In this document: piece after piece, positions 19,000 through 28,936 of the stretch
Numbering within the stretch: position 1 is the first letter of the stretch
Layout of the letters: every line of letters begins with the position of its first letter
NCBI GenBank assembly: GCA_963667015.2
Contig: CAXXJJ010000004.1
Coordinates: 1,696,001 to 1,760,000, forward strand
Origin: Desulfatiglandales bacterium
Lineage (GTDB): Bacteria; Desulfobacterota; DSM-4660; Desulfatiglandales; HGW-15
Direction of reading: 5' to 3'
Length of the DNA: 64,000 nucleotides
The notes under the pieces: model-generated
Told to the model about the DNA's origin: nothing
Seen by the model: the letters and a program-made list of their open reading frames with translations, nothing else
Database searches by the model: none
Program-made: the position numbers and the translations under genes

Positions 19000-21312
19000 A
19001 TGGCTGTCAGCAAAGAAGAGTCATTGGAATATCACAGGAAAAATAGACCTGGTAAAATAGAAATCAAAGCAACAAAATCATTATTCACATCAAGAGACTT
19101 GAGCCTGGCTTATAGTCCCGGCGTTTCATTTCCCTGCCTTGAAATAGAGGAAAATCCCCAGAAGGTTTATGAATATACGGCAAAGGGCAATCTGGTAGCG
19201 GTAATAACAAACGGTTCAGCAGTCCTTGGTCTCGGAAATATAGGGGCACTTGCAGGAAAACCTGTAATGGAAGGGAAAGGTGTTCTTTTTAAGAAATTTG
19301 CAGATATCGATGTTTTCGATATTGAATTAACTACCGACACGCCTGACCAGTTTATTCAGGCGGTTAAAGCCATGGAACCCACCTTTGGAGGAATCAACCT
19401 GGAGGATATTTCGGCTCCTGATTGTTTTTATATTGAAGAGCAGTTAAAAAAACAATTAAAAATTCCTGTTTTTCACGATGATCAGCACGGTACGGCAATA
19501 ATAAGTACAGCGGCGATACTCAATGCAGTGGAGCTTACAGGAAAAAAATTTGATGAAATAAAGGTTGTATACAACGGTGCTGGAGCCGCGGGGATTGCCT
19601 GCTGCAAACTCCATTTTGCAATAGGTTTGAAAAAAGAAAATGTAATTTTATGTGACAGTAAAGGGGTCATTTACAAAGGAAGAAAAGAAGGGATGAATCC
19701 CTACAAGGAAGAACTGGCGGCTGAAACAGACTGCCGTACACTTGAAGAAGCGCTGGTTGGCGCCGATGTTTTTGTAGGAATCTCGGTTAAGGATGCATTA
19801 AAACCTGAGATGCTCTTAAAAATGGCCGATAATCCGGTTATTTTTGCACTGGCCAATCCTGACCCCGAAATAGATTATGACCTTGCCAAAGAAACACGAC
19901 CTGATGCAATAATCGCAACCGGACGCTCCGATTACCCTAATCAGGTAAACAATGTATTAGGATTCCCCTTTATATTCAGGGGCGCCCTTGACTGCCAGGC
20001 CACTGAAATAAATGATGAGATGAAACTGGCTGCAGCACATGCTCTTGCTGAACTGGCAAAGCAGGATGTCCCGGATTCTGTATTAAAGGCCTATGGAGTT
20101 GAATCACTTTGCTATGGTAAAGATTATCTTATACCTAAACCATTTGATACGAGGGCTATGCTGTGGGTAACTCCTGCTGTTGCGGAAGCAGCAACAAAAA
20201 CCGGCGTAGCAGGGAAACCCATTAAAGATATCGAGGCCTACAGGTATCAGCTGGAAGAATTGATGGGAATGTCCCGCCAGGTAATGCGTATAGTTATAAA
20301 TAAGGCAAAAAAGGACCTCCAGAAAATTGTTTTTCCTGAAGGTGATCATCCGCTTATTCTTATGGCGGCTCAGGCTGTCAGGGATGAAAATATCGGTATC
20401 CCGGTCCTTCTGGGGAATGAAGATGATATCCATAAAATTATCAATGAAAAGAAAATTCATATAGACCTTAAAGAAATAGAAATAATTGATCCTGGTCGTC
20501 ATCCCAAACTCGAAGTTTATTCAGAAAATCTTTTACATAAACGCGAAAGAAAGGGATTTACAAGGACAGAAACCCTCAAGCTGATGATGGCAAACAGGAA
20601 TTATTTTGCAGCCTCCATGTTAAACGCTGGAGATGCAGATGCCATGCTTTCAGGAATAACAACCCATTATTCAAATGTTATCCTGCCGGCACTTCAGCTC
20701 ATAGATAAAGAGCCTGGCATAAACAGGATATGCTCTTTGCATATGATAATGATAAACAAGAAACTTTATTTCTTTTCAGATACCATTGTAAACATTTTGC
20801 CGGACACCCAGAACCTTGTGGAAATAACCCTTCAGACCGCTAATTTTGTGAGGGAGCTGAATATTGAGCCTAATATAGCACTGCTGTCATATTCCAATTT
20901 CGGATCCACCAGAAACAAGCAAACCAAAGAAATTGCCCAGGCAGTCAGAATGATAAAGGAAATCGAACCGGAGCTCAATATTGACGGTGAAATGATGATT
21001 GATTTTGCAATTAATCCTGATCTCAGGAAAGAACATTATCCCTTCTCCTCCCTTAAAGGAACAGCCAATGTGTTTATTTTCCCTGAGTTGAACAGCGCAA
21101 ATATAGCAAGCCGTATCATGAACAGGCTGGGGCTGGCGGAAAAAGTAGGCCCCATACTTCTTGGTTTCAACAAAGCTGTACATGCTATACATAGAGGCAG
21201 CGAGTTGCAGGATATAATCAACATGGCCGCAATAGCAGCAATGGACGCAAGGGAAAAAGCCAAGGTAAAAAAAGGAAGCGGCAGCAGCAATGTCTGCCAG
21301 AGTCCCTTCTGA
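19000..21312 (+). CDS. maeB: NADP-dependent malic enzyme with PTA-like domain
   Basis: [45 protein letters not shown]-terminal IVFPEG...DGEM phosphotransacetylase-like domain. Confidence 0.96.
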   Translation: MAVSKEESLEYHRKNRPGKIEIKATKSLFTSRDLSLAYSPGVSFPCLEIEENPQKVYEYTAKGNLVAVITNGSAVLGLGNIGALAGKPVMEGKGVLFKKFADIDVFDIELTTDTPDQFIQAVKAMEPTFGGINLEDISAPDCFYIEEQLKKQLKIPVFHDDQHGTAIISTAAILNAVELTGKKFDEIKVVYNGAGAAGIACCKLHFAIGLKKENVILCDSKGVIYKGRKEGMNPYKEELAAETDCRTLEEALVGADVFVGISVKDALKPEMLLKMADNPVIFALANPDPEIDYDLAKETRPDAIIATGRSDYPNQVNNVLGFPFIFRGALDCQATEINDEMKLAAAHALAELAKQDVPDSVLKAYGVESLCYGKDYLIPKPFDTRAMLWVTPAVAEAATKTGVAGKPIKDIEAYRYQLEELMGMSRQVMRIVINKAKKDLQKIVFPEGDHPLILMAAQAVRDENIGIPVLLGNEDDIHKIINEKKIHIDLKEIEIIDPGRHPKLEVYSENLLHKRERKGFTRTETLKLMMANRNYFAASMLNAGDADAMLSGITTHYSNVILPALQLIDKEPGINRICSLHMIMINKKLYFFSDTIVNILPDTQNLVEITLQTANFVRELNIEPNIALLSYSNFGSTRNKQTKEIAQAVRMIKEIEPELNIDGEMMIDFAINPDLRKEHYPFSSLKGTANVFIFPELNSANIASRIMNRLGLAEKVGPILLGFNKAVHAIHRGSELQDIINMAAIAAMDAREKAKVKKGSGSSNVCQSPF

Positions 21313-21451
21313 TAATAAAGCGAAATAAAAAACAGATATTTGATTTGACTAAACCAGTAAAATCATATATTTAATATTGTTTCGAATTTTATAAGGAATT
21401 ATTATCCGTTTATATAATTATCCGGTCACTAAAAGGAGGAGATAGTTTTCA

Positions 21452-21559
21452 ATGGCAAGCCATAAAAAAAGTGAAAGAAAACGCGAAATAGAAAGAAGAC
21501 GGCACAGAAGGAAAAAAAGGCTGAAACTGAGGGCAAAAGAGGAAGCCGCTAAAAAATAG
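21452..21559 (+). CDS. 35-aa highly basic small protein (DUF6800-like)
   Basis: AAGGAGGA RBS; MASHKKSERKREIERRRHRRKKRLKLRAKEEAAKK; too short for the ORF track; followed by a terminator-like hairpin. Confidence 0.7.
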   Translation: MASHKKSERKREIERRRHRRKKRLKLRAKEEAAKK

Positions 21560-21571
21560 CATATAATTGAC

Positions 21572-21614
21572 AGGGTTTTAATTAAGGCCAGAAGGCTGAT
21601 TTAATACCCTTTTT
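21572..21614 (+). terminator. Terminator-like hairpin
   Basis: AGGGT...ACCCT imperfect stem followed by TTTT. Confidence 0.45.
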
Positions 21615-21674
21615 AATAAATAGTAATTTTAATTGTATCCATGGGCACACGAAGTTATTAAAAGGAAAGATATC

Positions 21675-21815
21675 ATGACTACCAATGCGAAAAAAACCAA
21701 GGCCAAGAGAAGCCATCACGATCACCCCAATAAGACAAATTTAAAAACAAGCATGAAACGCGAACAGGCCAGCCGCGAGGCCCTGAAAAAATTTGCTGAA
21801 AAAGATAAGAACTAA
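21675..21815 (+). CDS. 46-aa basic small protein
   Basis: AAGGA RBS, ATG 21675: MTTNAKKTKAKRSHHDHPNKTNLKTSMKREQASREALKKFAEKDKN. Confidence 0.6.
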   Translation: MTTNAKKTKAKRSHHDHPNKTNLKTSMKREQASREALKKFAEKDKN

Positions 21816-21886
21816 TTTTTCATAAGTTTGAAAAAATCACTTACCCGTCAGGGTGAATTGTGTCTTACAAATTAAATGTTTACTGT

Positions 21887-21925
21887 TAAACCACCTCATT
21901 TTTTCCGGGGTGGTTTATTTGTTTT
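21887..21925 (+). terminator. Intrinsic terminator
   Basis: TAAACCACCTC / GGGGTGGTTTA stem followed by TTTGTTTT. Confidence 0.6.
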
Positions 21926-22060
21926 CATGGCAGGCTTTCTTTTCTAAAATTCTTAAATTCAGACATCAGATATCAGATACCACTTACGTAATCCAAGGTG
22001 GAATTTATATTGACCTTCTGATATATTGCAAAATATCAAATAACTCAGATTTGTCATAAA

Positions 22061-23260
22061 ATGCCTAAAAAAATTAAACAATTAAACAGCTACATAGCAA
22101 GAATCCTTATCCCTGACTTTGAAAGGACGGATAACCAGAAGGTCCGCATACGGCATGGTATGGTCGCCGGGTGGTCATCCATAATGATTAACATCCTTCT
22201 GTTCATTATTAAACTGGCCATGGGTTTAAAATCCGGTTCAATATCAATCCTGGCAGATGCATTTCATCTCTTATCCCATCTTGCCAACTCGGTTATTCTT
22301 GTATTTACATTCTGGTTTACAGGCAAACCCGCCACAGCAAGTACTCCTTTTGGACATGGAAGAATGGAACATGTTGGCCCCCTTATCATGTCTATTTTTC
22401 TATTCGTATCCGGCATACAGATTGCCGAAAGATCATTCCATCAGGCAATTCATCCTCAGGAGATTCACTACTGGCCAGCCCTCCCCTGGATTCTGCTTGC
22501 TACGATTATTGCCAAAATATGGATGAAACAGTTCATCCATTTTCTAGGAGACCGGGTTGACTCAGGCGCAATTATAGTCAATGCAAAACACCAGTGGATA
22601 GAGGCAGTGAGTACCATGACCGTCATTATCGGCCTCATCCTTGGCCACCACTACAAAATAATGGAGGCAGACGGATATATCGGCATTGCAGTTTCTTTAT
22701 GGCTCCTTTATCTTGGATATGCTCATGGGCGACATGCGATTATACCGCTCCTGGGAAAAGCTCCGGATAAAAATATTATTCAGCGCATCCGGGAAACAGC
22801 AAAATCAGTGGAGGGTGTTTTTGATGTCCATGAGATAATTATTCATGACTATGGCTCATTATACCTGATCTCATTACATTGTGAAATTCCCGAGGAATTT
22901 GGTTCTGTCAAGATTCATGAAATTACTGAAAAATGTGAAGAAAAACTGAGAAGGCAGTTTGGCGGTGAAGTCGTCTGTCACAGTGATCCGCTCCAGGAAA
23001 GGACCGAAGAGGTAATAGCGATAGAAAGGCAATTTTCGCTCGCAGTGGCCGAAGATCCCAGGATAAAAGCCTTTCACGATTTCAGGGTCATTTCGGAAAC
23101 AGAAAATACAATTTTGATCGTAGCAGATATCGACGCTGAATACCATGTTCCGGAATCAGAATTTGATGATATTGCAAAATCACTTGAAACGAGGGCATTA
23201 AATATGGTTCCAAACCTTAGCTATTGTTCTTTTTATATAACCCCAAAATTCGCCTACTAA
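22061..23260 (+). CDS. Cation diffusion facilitator (CDF) transporter
   Basis: SISILADAFHLLSH, PFGHGRME, six TM-like segments, duplicated C-terminal domain (VHEIIIHDYG; FHDFRV). Confidence 0.88.
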   Translation: MPKKIKQLNSYIARILIPDFERTDNQKVRIRHGMVAGWSSIMINILLFIIKLAMGLKSGSISILADAFHLLSHLANSVILVFTFWFTGKPATASTPFGHGRMEHVGPLIMSIFLFVSGIQIAERSFHQAIHPQEIHYWPALPWILLATIIAKIWMKQFIHFLGDRVDSGAIIVNAKHQWIEAVSTMTVIIGLILGHHYKIMEADGYIGIAVSLWLLYLGYAHGRHAIIPLLGKAPDKNIIQRIRETAKSVEGVFDVHEIIIHDYGSLYLISLHCEIPEEFGSVKIHEITEKCEEKLRRQFGGEVVCHSDPLQERTEEVIAIERQFSLAVAEDPRIKAFHDFRVISETENTILIVADIDAEYHVPESEFDDIAKSLETRALNMVPNLSYCSFYITPKFAY

Positions 23261-23265
23261 CTAAA

Positions 23266-24909
23266 ATGGTCAAAAAAAATAAAAAACAGATAACCACTCT
23301 ATTAGCCTTGACTTCCGCTATCATATCACTTTTTTGTGCAGGATGTGGCGATAAGTATTGTGTAAAGGGAGATTGTGAAGACGGTTTCGGGCGGTATGAA
23401 ATACCGGACGGCTTAAAATATGAAGGTAACTGGAAGGAAGGAAAGTATAATGGAACAGGAAAAATAACCTTTCCAGGAGGCGATGTCTACAACGGGGAAT
23501 TCAGTAATGGCATCCAGAACGGCCAGGGGACCATGGTATATAATGATGGAACCGAATACAGAGGCCTTTGGAAGGAAGGCCTGAGACATGGCCATGGAGA
23601 ATACCTGTTTACTGACGGTACCAGATATACAGGCAAATGGGATAAGGATCTGATCTCCGGTAAGGGGCTCATGGAATATAAGGACGGCAGTATTTACCTT
23701 GGAGAATTTATCAATGGAAAAAGAAACGGGGCAGGCAAATTGATTCTCTCGGGAGGTGATATATATACAGGGCAATTTGCAAATAACGAAATAAACGGTG
23801 AAGGATACTACCTGCTTAAGGACGGGACAGAATATAAAGGGATTTTTGAAAATGGCGTCCTTAACGGAGAATGTGAAATTTCATATCCCGATGGCAGCGC
23901 TTATCAGGGACAATGCAAAGAAAGTAAAAAATCAGGTCAGGGATCACTTTTGTATGCAGATGGCAGAAAATATAAGGGGCAATTCGAAAACGGGATGTTT
24001 CAGGGAGAGGGTGAATATGACCTCAAGGATGGATCTAAGTATATAGGCACATTTCAGGATAACAGGATAACAGGAAAAGGTACAATGCTGTATGCAGATG
24101 GAACCATGTACACGGGAACCTTTGAAGGTGGCAGAAGAAATGGAAAGGGAATATTGCTTCTGCCTGACGGTGAGAAATATGAAGGGACTTTTAACAACGA
24201 TCAGAAGCAGGGGATTGGAAATATAATCTACGCCAATGGACTAAAGTATCAAGGAGAATGGAAAAATAATCTGAAAAACGGTTTCGGCTCTCTCATATGG
24301 CCTGATGGAAGGAAATACAGGGGTGATTTCAAGGATGACCTTTTTAACGGTTCAGGGAGATATATATTGTCTGACGGATCTTCCTACAGGGGTGAATTTA
24401 AGGAAGGCAAAATCTCAGGCGAAGGCACCATGATCTACAAGGATGGCAAAGAATATTCAGGAACCTGGAAAAATGAAAAATGGCATGGCGAGGGTGAACT
24501 GATATGGCCTGACGGCAGAATATATAAGGGGCAGTTTGACAATGGCCAGATAACAGGAAAGGGTCATCTTTCCTACCCTGACGGAAGATATTATGAAGGC
24601 TCGCTCAAGGACGGCATAATACACGGAAAAGGTTCTTTTATCTGGCCTGACGGTCGCAGGTACAAAGGTGAATGGGAAAACGGCAAATATACCAATTACG
24701 GGACCTATACCTTCCCTGACGGAAGAGAGTATGTCGGGCAGTGGAAAGAAGGCAAGTATGATGGTTCATACGGTGAATTGACTTTTCCGGACGGCAGCCG
24801 ATACGAAGGTGGTTGGAAAGAAAACAAGATGGACGGAAAAGGGACCTACATTTCACCGGATGGTGAAAGAACTGAAGGTGAGTGGAAAGATGGTGTAAAA
24901 GTTAAATAA
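23266..24909 (+). CDS. MORN-repeat lipoprotein
   Basis: Lipobox-like SLFCAGC; more than 20 repeats of 23 aa (Y.G.(W/F)..G...G.G.....DG). Confidence 0.85.
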   Translation: MVKKNKKQITTLLALTSAIISLFCAGCGDKYCVKGDCEDGFGRYEIPDGLKYEGNWKEGKYNGTGKITFPGGDVYNGEFSNGIQNGQGTMVYNDGTEYRGLWKEGLRHGHGEYLFTDGTRYTGKWDKDLISGKGLMEYKDGSIYLGEFINGKRNGAGKLILSGGDIYTGQFANNEINGEGYYLLKDGTEYKGIFENGVLNGECEISYPDGSAYQGQCKESKKSGQGSLLYADGRKYKGQFENGMFQGEGEYDLKDGSKYIGTFQDNRITGKGTMLYADGTMYTGTFEGGRRNGKGILLLPDGEKYEGTFNNDQKQGIGNIIYANGLKYQGEWKNNLKNGFGSLIWPDGRKYRGDFKDDLFNGSGRYILSDGSSYRGEFKEGKISGEGTMIYKDGKEYSGTWKNEKWHGEGELIWPDGRIYKGQFDNGQITGKGHLSYPDGRYYEGSLKDGIIHGKGSFIWPDGRRYKGEWENGKYTNYGTYTFPDGREYVGQWKEGKYDGSYGELTFPDGSRYEGGWKENKMDGKGTYISPDGERTEGEWKDGVKVK

Positions 24910-24929
24910 TCACCTTTTCTCTCAAACCT

Positions 24930-25343
24930 CTAGCCAACGGTTTTGATAAATCTGGGCTGGACCTGTCCTTTTTTCTGACCATAACCCTTTACCGCGGTCC
25001 TGCCTTTTTTAAGCCCTTTTATTTCATCAAGGACTTCTTTTTTCTTCTCGTTTACGAGCTTTTCAATCCTTTTATCAATATCCATTATTGATTCAATAAC
25101 TTCGGAAATTTCCCTGTTTATCGATTTGGCCATTTCCCTTTCCTTTCTGTCGGCCTGTTCAAGTGCGAATCTATATTTTTTATCATCAGCATCTATCTCA
25201 TTTCTCAGGTGTTCTCTTTTTGCCATCAGTTGGAGATAATCCTGCATGAGGCCGTCATCAACCAGTTTTTCCTGCTGATCAGCAAGGCTTTTTATCTTTT
25301 CAAAATTATTTTTTTTAATCTCGAGCAATTCAATTATATTCAT
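24930..25343 (-). CDS. Flagellar export chaperone-like protein (FliT/FlgN-like)
   Basis: Helical 137-aa protein with KRE.L...I and C-terminal A.KGY...PRFI; has its own sigma54 promoter. Confidence 0.55.
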   Translation of the reverse strand: MNIIELLEIKKNNFEKIKSLADQQEKLVDDGLMQDYLQLMAKREHLRNEIDADDKKYRFALEQADRKEREMAKSINREISEVIESIMDIDKRIEKLVNEKKKEVLDEIKGLKKGRTAVKGYGQKKGQVQPRFIKTVG

Positions 25344-25369
25344 ATTATAAACTCCTTTGTATTCTAATA

Positions 25370-25385
25370 AGCAATTCTAATGCCA
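25370..25385 (-). promoter_or_regulatory. Sigma54 promoter
   Basis: Minus strand TGGCATTAGAATTGCT (GG-N10-GC). Confidence 0.8.
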
Positions 25386-25428
25386 TTCTGTAATTTCTTG
25401 CCAGAAAATTACTGAATGGCATTAGAAT
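25374..25428. repeat. Long inverted repeat overlapping the sigma54 promoter
   Basis: ATTCTAATGCCATTC (25374-88) / GAATGGCATTAGAAT (25414-28), 15-bp perfect, with inner GTAATTT/AAATTAC. Confidence 0.8.
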
Positions 25429-25438
25429 AGAATCAGCA

Positions 25439-25585
25439 TTCAAAAAATTGACATTTTTTTATCTTTTTTACCTTAAAAATTCAAAAAAAGACTTTATTTC
25501 GTCAAGATATTGACGATTTATTACATTTCACTTCTGACACTTCACATTAAACCACTTATAAATTTCTTTAATATTCAACAAGTTA
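25439..25585. promoter_or_regulatory. FleQ-type boxes plus IHF-like site
   Basis: TTCAAAAAATTGAC 25439-52, GTCAAGATATTGAC 25501-14, ATTCAACAAGTTA 25573-85. Confidence 0.6.
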
Positions 25586-25633
25586 CATACACAAAGCATA
25601 TCATTTAACCGGAAACAGGTAAAAAACAGGGAC

Positions 25634-25649
25634 TGGCATAAGATGTGCT
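25634..25649 (+). promoter_or_regulatory. Sigma54 promoter
   Basis: TGGCATAAGATGTGCT (GG-N10-GC). Confidence 0.75.
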
Positions 25650-25691
25650 ATTCAGGTGTATATGAAATATATTTCATCAGGGGCAGATAAA

Positions 25692-26003
25692 ATGGATAAA
25701 CTATTTACAAAGGTTTTATGTGTATCCGTGCTGGTATTACTCCTTGGATGTGGAATAACCGTTTATTGTCTTGCACAGGATTCGGGGTCTAAGGATTTAC
25801 CTGAGGGAGTTTATTTGAAATTGAACAGGGAATTCTATGAATCTTTGAGCGGTAATAAAAATACATACAGCAATGACAGGTCAACAGAATACCTGAGAGA
25901 AATATCAATATCATCAAGGTTTAATGTCGAAACCAATCTTCAGATAATTAAGCAGCAGGAAGAGATCATCCGTCTCCTTAAGGTAATAGCTGATAAGAAA
26001 TGA
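25692..26003 (+). CDS. Hypothetical exported protein, first gene of the flagellar regulatory operon
   Basis: N-terminal hydrophobic signal; C-terminal coiled segment NLQIIKQQEEIIRLL; overlaps the next start. Confidence 0.65.
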   Translation: MDKLFTKVLCVSVLVLLLGCGITVYCLAQDSGSKDLPEGVYLKLNREFYESLSGNKNTYSNDRSTEYLREISISSRFNVETNLQIIKQQEEIIRLLKVIADKK

Positions 26004-28930
26004 TAATGAATCGATTACTAAAAATCCTGGCAACCGGAATATTTTTATCAGTATTCCTTACCGCAGGCGGCCTCTCCGCAAGCCCGGACGGAGCAAACAG
26101 GCTGTTTGATGTGAATACCATTATATCTGAACAGGATATCACCTATTCCTTTGAACTGTCGAAAAAACCTTTTTTTTCACTGGAGTCTTCAACAGATCAA
26201 AGGCTTGTCCTTTCATTTACACAAATTGAAAACCCGGATGAACTTAATACAAAGATAGAAAAATTACCATTTATTCATATCAATACTACCGGGGAATCAA
26301 AAAATACCAGTTTTATTCTGGCGCCTGACAATATATATGGCAAGATTGAATGTTGCTGGCTTAATAAGCGGTCAGTATTTACCATTAACATCAAGTTCAA
26401 CCCTGATGAAGAAAAAAAAGGAAAAGCCGACACACGGCCTGACATCAAGGATATACGTTTTGGATTTAAGGAAAATGGAACAAGAATGGTTATCGGTGCG
26501 GATAATAAGCCTGGATGGTCCATAAAATACTCCGATGACAATAACGTATTACTTTTACTTGACGCCACTTCGGATAATATCAATACAAAAACATATTATT
26601 CCGATAAATGGCTGCGCCAGGTCGAAATAAAAGCACAGTATGACAAGACCTCTGAACTGTCCATGAGTCTCCAGTCCGATCCGGATCAGATAAGTATCTT
26701 CTGGATGCCTGTCGGCAACAGGCTTGTCTTAGATCTTTTTCAGGACCCGGATAATCAGATGACTGCCCTGCTTTCAGGTGAAAAAGAAGTTGAAAGCCGC
26801 AACCGCATTTCAAAAGACACTGCAGAGGAAAGAACTGAGAATGAATATAAAAACATTGCACGTATGAAGATTGAAAAAGAGGTGGAACCGGGTGATTCAT
26901 CTTTAGAAAAAGAAGAGACGAAAAAAAAGCCGGCTGTAACAGTTCCGGAAATAGCCATGGATATAAAACCTGCCCTGAAAAGCAGGCTGCCTGAAAGTGA
27001 CGGTATTGAGGTTGATGTTGAAAATCTAAGTCCTGAAGAGGCCTTTCTGTATGGCAGGATAAGACAGGCAAAGGAAATAAATGACTATGATATGGGAATA
27101 ACCCTTTCCAGTCAGTTTTTAAATGAATTCAAGGAGTCGCGCTTATGTGAGGTGGTCTCCTTCTGGAGGGCAGATTTTTATTACGATCAATGGGAAAAAG
27201 GCGCCAGAGAGCTTGGGGAAAAGGTAATACTGGCCTACAAGTATGCAATAGAAAGGTTTGAAAATTCCCGCAACATCCAGCTTTCATATATAAAGATGGC
27301 AAAAGTCGCCTCAGGAATGGATGACGGCTACGGGGCGCTTGGTTATCTCGGCAATGTTATAATTAAAAAAGATCCGGATTTTATGCCACTTGCCTATCTC
27401 ACAAGAGGCAAGGTTTTTTTGCAGATCAACCAGCCTGAAAAGGCCATACTGGATTTTAAAATCCTTCTTAAGGATTACGAGAATTCGCAATATGGTATGG
27501 AAGCGAACCTCTGGCTTGGGAATTATTATCACCAGATCGGACTATACGAAGAAGCGGAAAAAAGCTTTAATGAAATAGCTCAAAAATATCCCGGTTTGTA
27601 TCTCGAATACCCTGACTTTATCCTCCTGAATGCAATGAATTATATCTATTTAAAGAAATATGACGAGGCACGGGATTACCTGTTCAGGGCAGTCAATTTA
27701 GGGGGACAGAAGGAACCCCTGGATATGCTTTTATCCCGTATTGGCGACACATATCATAACCAGGATAACGATAAGGAGGCTGAAAAATATTACCGGATGG
27801 TTATCGATTACTACCCTGCAAGCGAAGGGGCATCCATCTCAAAACTCAGGCTGGCAGAATTTTTTTCCGATATAACCATACTTGATGACATCTCCAGTGA
27901 CAGCACAACAGGTGAAGCTATCGGTGAACTGGCAATGCTGGAAAAGGCATATCAGTTATATGAAGGAAGACAATATGTCGAGGCCATCAAAACATTAAAG
28001 GATATTGTAGAGAAACCAGTCCAGACAGAAACACGCAAGGATGCCAAACGTCTCTATATCCTTTCCATTGAAAAAGAGATTGAAAGACTCAAGGATTCAA
28101 ATCTGTATAAAGATCTGGTTTACCTCTTTGAGGAGAACAGGAATTCAATTAATAAAATAATTGATCCCAAAGTGCTTTTATCCGTAGCAGAGGCTTACAA
28201 TAAGCTCGGCCGTCAGAGGGAGGCAGTTTCGGTTTACAGGCAGATCAAATCATATGACCTGAATCAGGAAAAGCGTGGAGATTACATATATGGACTGGCT
28301 GAGGATTATATCTTTCTGGGTGACAGAAACAAGGCTGTAACACTTCTGGAAAAGGGAAGAAATGAAAAGATATCGCATCAGGACCTGCAAAAAATCAATC
28401 TGCTCCTGGCTGACATGTATAAACTTAATGGCCGGAATAATGATGCAGAAAAACTCTACAACCAGGTAATAGAAAACATGAATGATCTTCCTGCAGAGGA
28501 TGCGGCCCGTGCATATCTGAATCTGGGGCTGACCTTCAAGGCGCGCAAACAATACAGTGATGCAAGAAATGCTCTCAACCACAGTATTACTATCGGCATT
28601 GAGAAAAAAATAAGCAGCAGTGTACTTCGATCGGCCTACACGGAGCTTGGAAACGTACTCTATTCTGAAGGGAAACATAAGCAGGCTGCAAAGGCCTTTG
28701 AAAAGGGATTTGAAATGGGAATCGATACCGAAGATCCAGAATACTGGGATACCAGATTCAGGCAGGCTATGGCCTACCTTAAAACAGGAGAGGACAGCAA
28801 GGCCGAGACATTGTTTAATGATATTTCGGAAGGCGATGCAAACGAGATCCTGCAGCAGAGAGCACAGTTAAAGCTGGGATCGCTTGTACTCGCGAGACAG
28901 CTGAAAATCTTATCAATGGGACAGAAGTAA
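26000..28930 (+). CDS. Large exported tetratricopeptide-repeat protein
   Basis: Signal peptide, beta-rich (AMIN-like) N-terminal region, many TPR-like helices (e.g. IGDTYHNQDNDKEAEKYYRMVIDYYP). Confidence 0.8.
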   Translation: MIMNRLLKILATGIFLSVFLTAGGLSASPDGANRLFDVNTIISEQDITYSFELSKKPFFSLESSTDQRLVLSFTQIENPDELNTKIEKLPFIHINTTGESKNTSFILAPDNIYGKIECCWLNKRSVFTINIKFNPDEEKKGKADTRPDIKDIRFGFKENGTRMVIGADNKPGWSIKYSDDNNVLLLLDATSDNINTKTYYSDKWLRQVEIKAQYDKTSELSMSLQSDPDQISIFWMPVGNRLVLDLFQDPDNQMTALLSGEKEVESRNRISKDTAEERTENEYKNIARMKIEKEVEPGDSSLEKEETKKKPAVTVPEIAMDIKPALKSRLPESDGIEVDVENLSPEEAFLYGRIRQAKEINDYDMGITLSSQFLNEFKESRLCEVVSFWRADFYYDQWEKGARELGEKVILAYKYAIERFENSRNIQLSYIKMAKVASGMDDGYGALGYLGNVIIKKDPDFMPLAYLTRGKVFLQINQPEKAILDFKILLKDYENSQYGMEANLWLGNYYHQIGLYEEAEKSFNEIAQKYPGLYLEYPDFILLNAMNYIYLKKYDEARDYLFRAVNLGGQKEPLDMLLSRIGDTYHNQDNDKEAEKYYRMVIDYYPASEGASISKLRLAEFFSDITILDDISSDSTTGEAIGELAMLEKAYQLYEGRQYVEAIKTLKDIVEKPVQTETRKDAKRLYILSIEKEIERLKDSNLYKDLVYLFEENRNSINKIIDPKVLLSVAEAYNKLGRQREAVSVYRQIKSYDLNQEKRGDYIYGLAEDYIFLGDRNKAVTLLEKGRNEKISHQDLQKINLLLADMYKLNGRNNDAEKLYNQVIENMNDLPAEDAARAYLNLGLTFKARKQYSDARNALNHSITIGIEKKISSSVLRSAYTELGNVLYSEGKHKQAAKAFEKGFEMGIDTEDPEYWDTRFRQAMAYLKTGEDSKAETLFNDISEGDANEILQQRAQLKLGSLVLARQLKILSMGQK

Positions 28931-28936
28931 CAAATA

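Noticed and set aside
21853..22059. 68-aa ORF upstream of the CDF gene
   Set aside because: No RBS, runs through a terminator hairpin and promoter-like AT-rich DNA.
23266..24909. Periodic ~69-bp DNA pattern resembling an array
   Set aside because: Explained by MORN protein repeats; no identical direct repeats with unique spacers and no cas genes, so not CRISPR.
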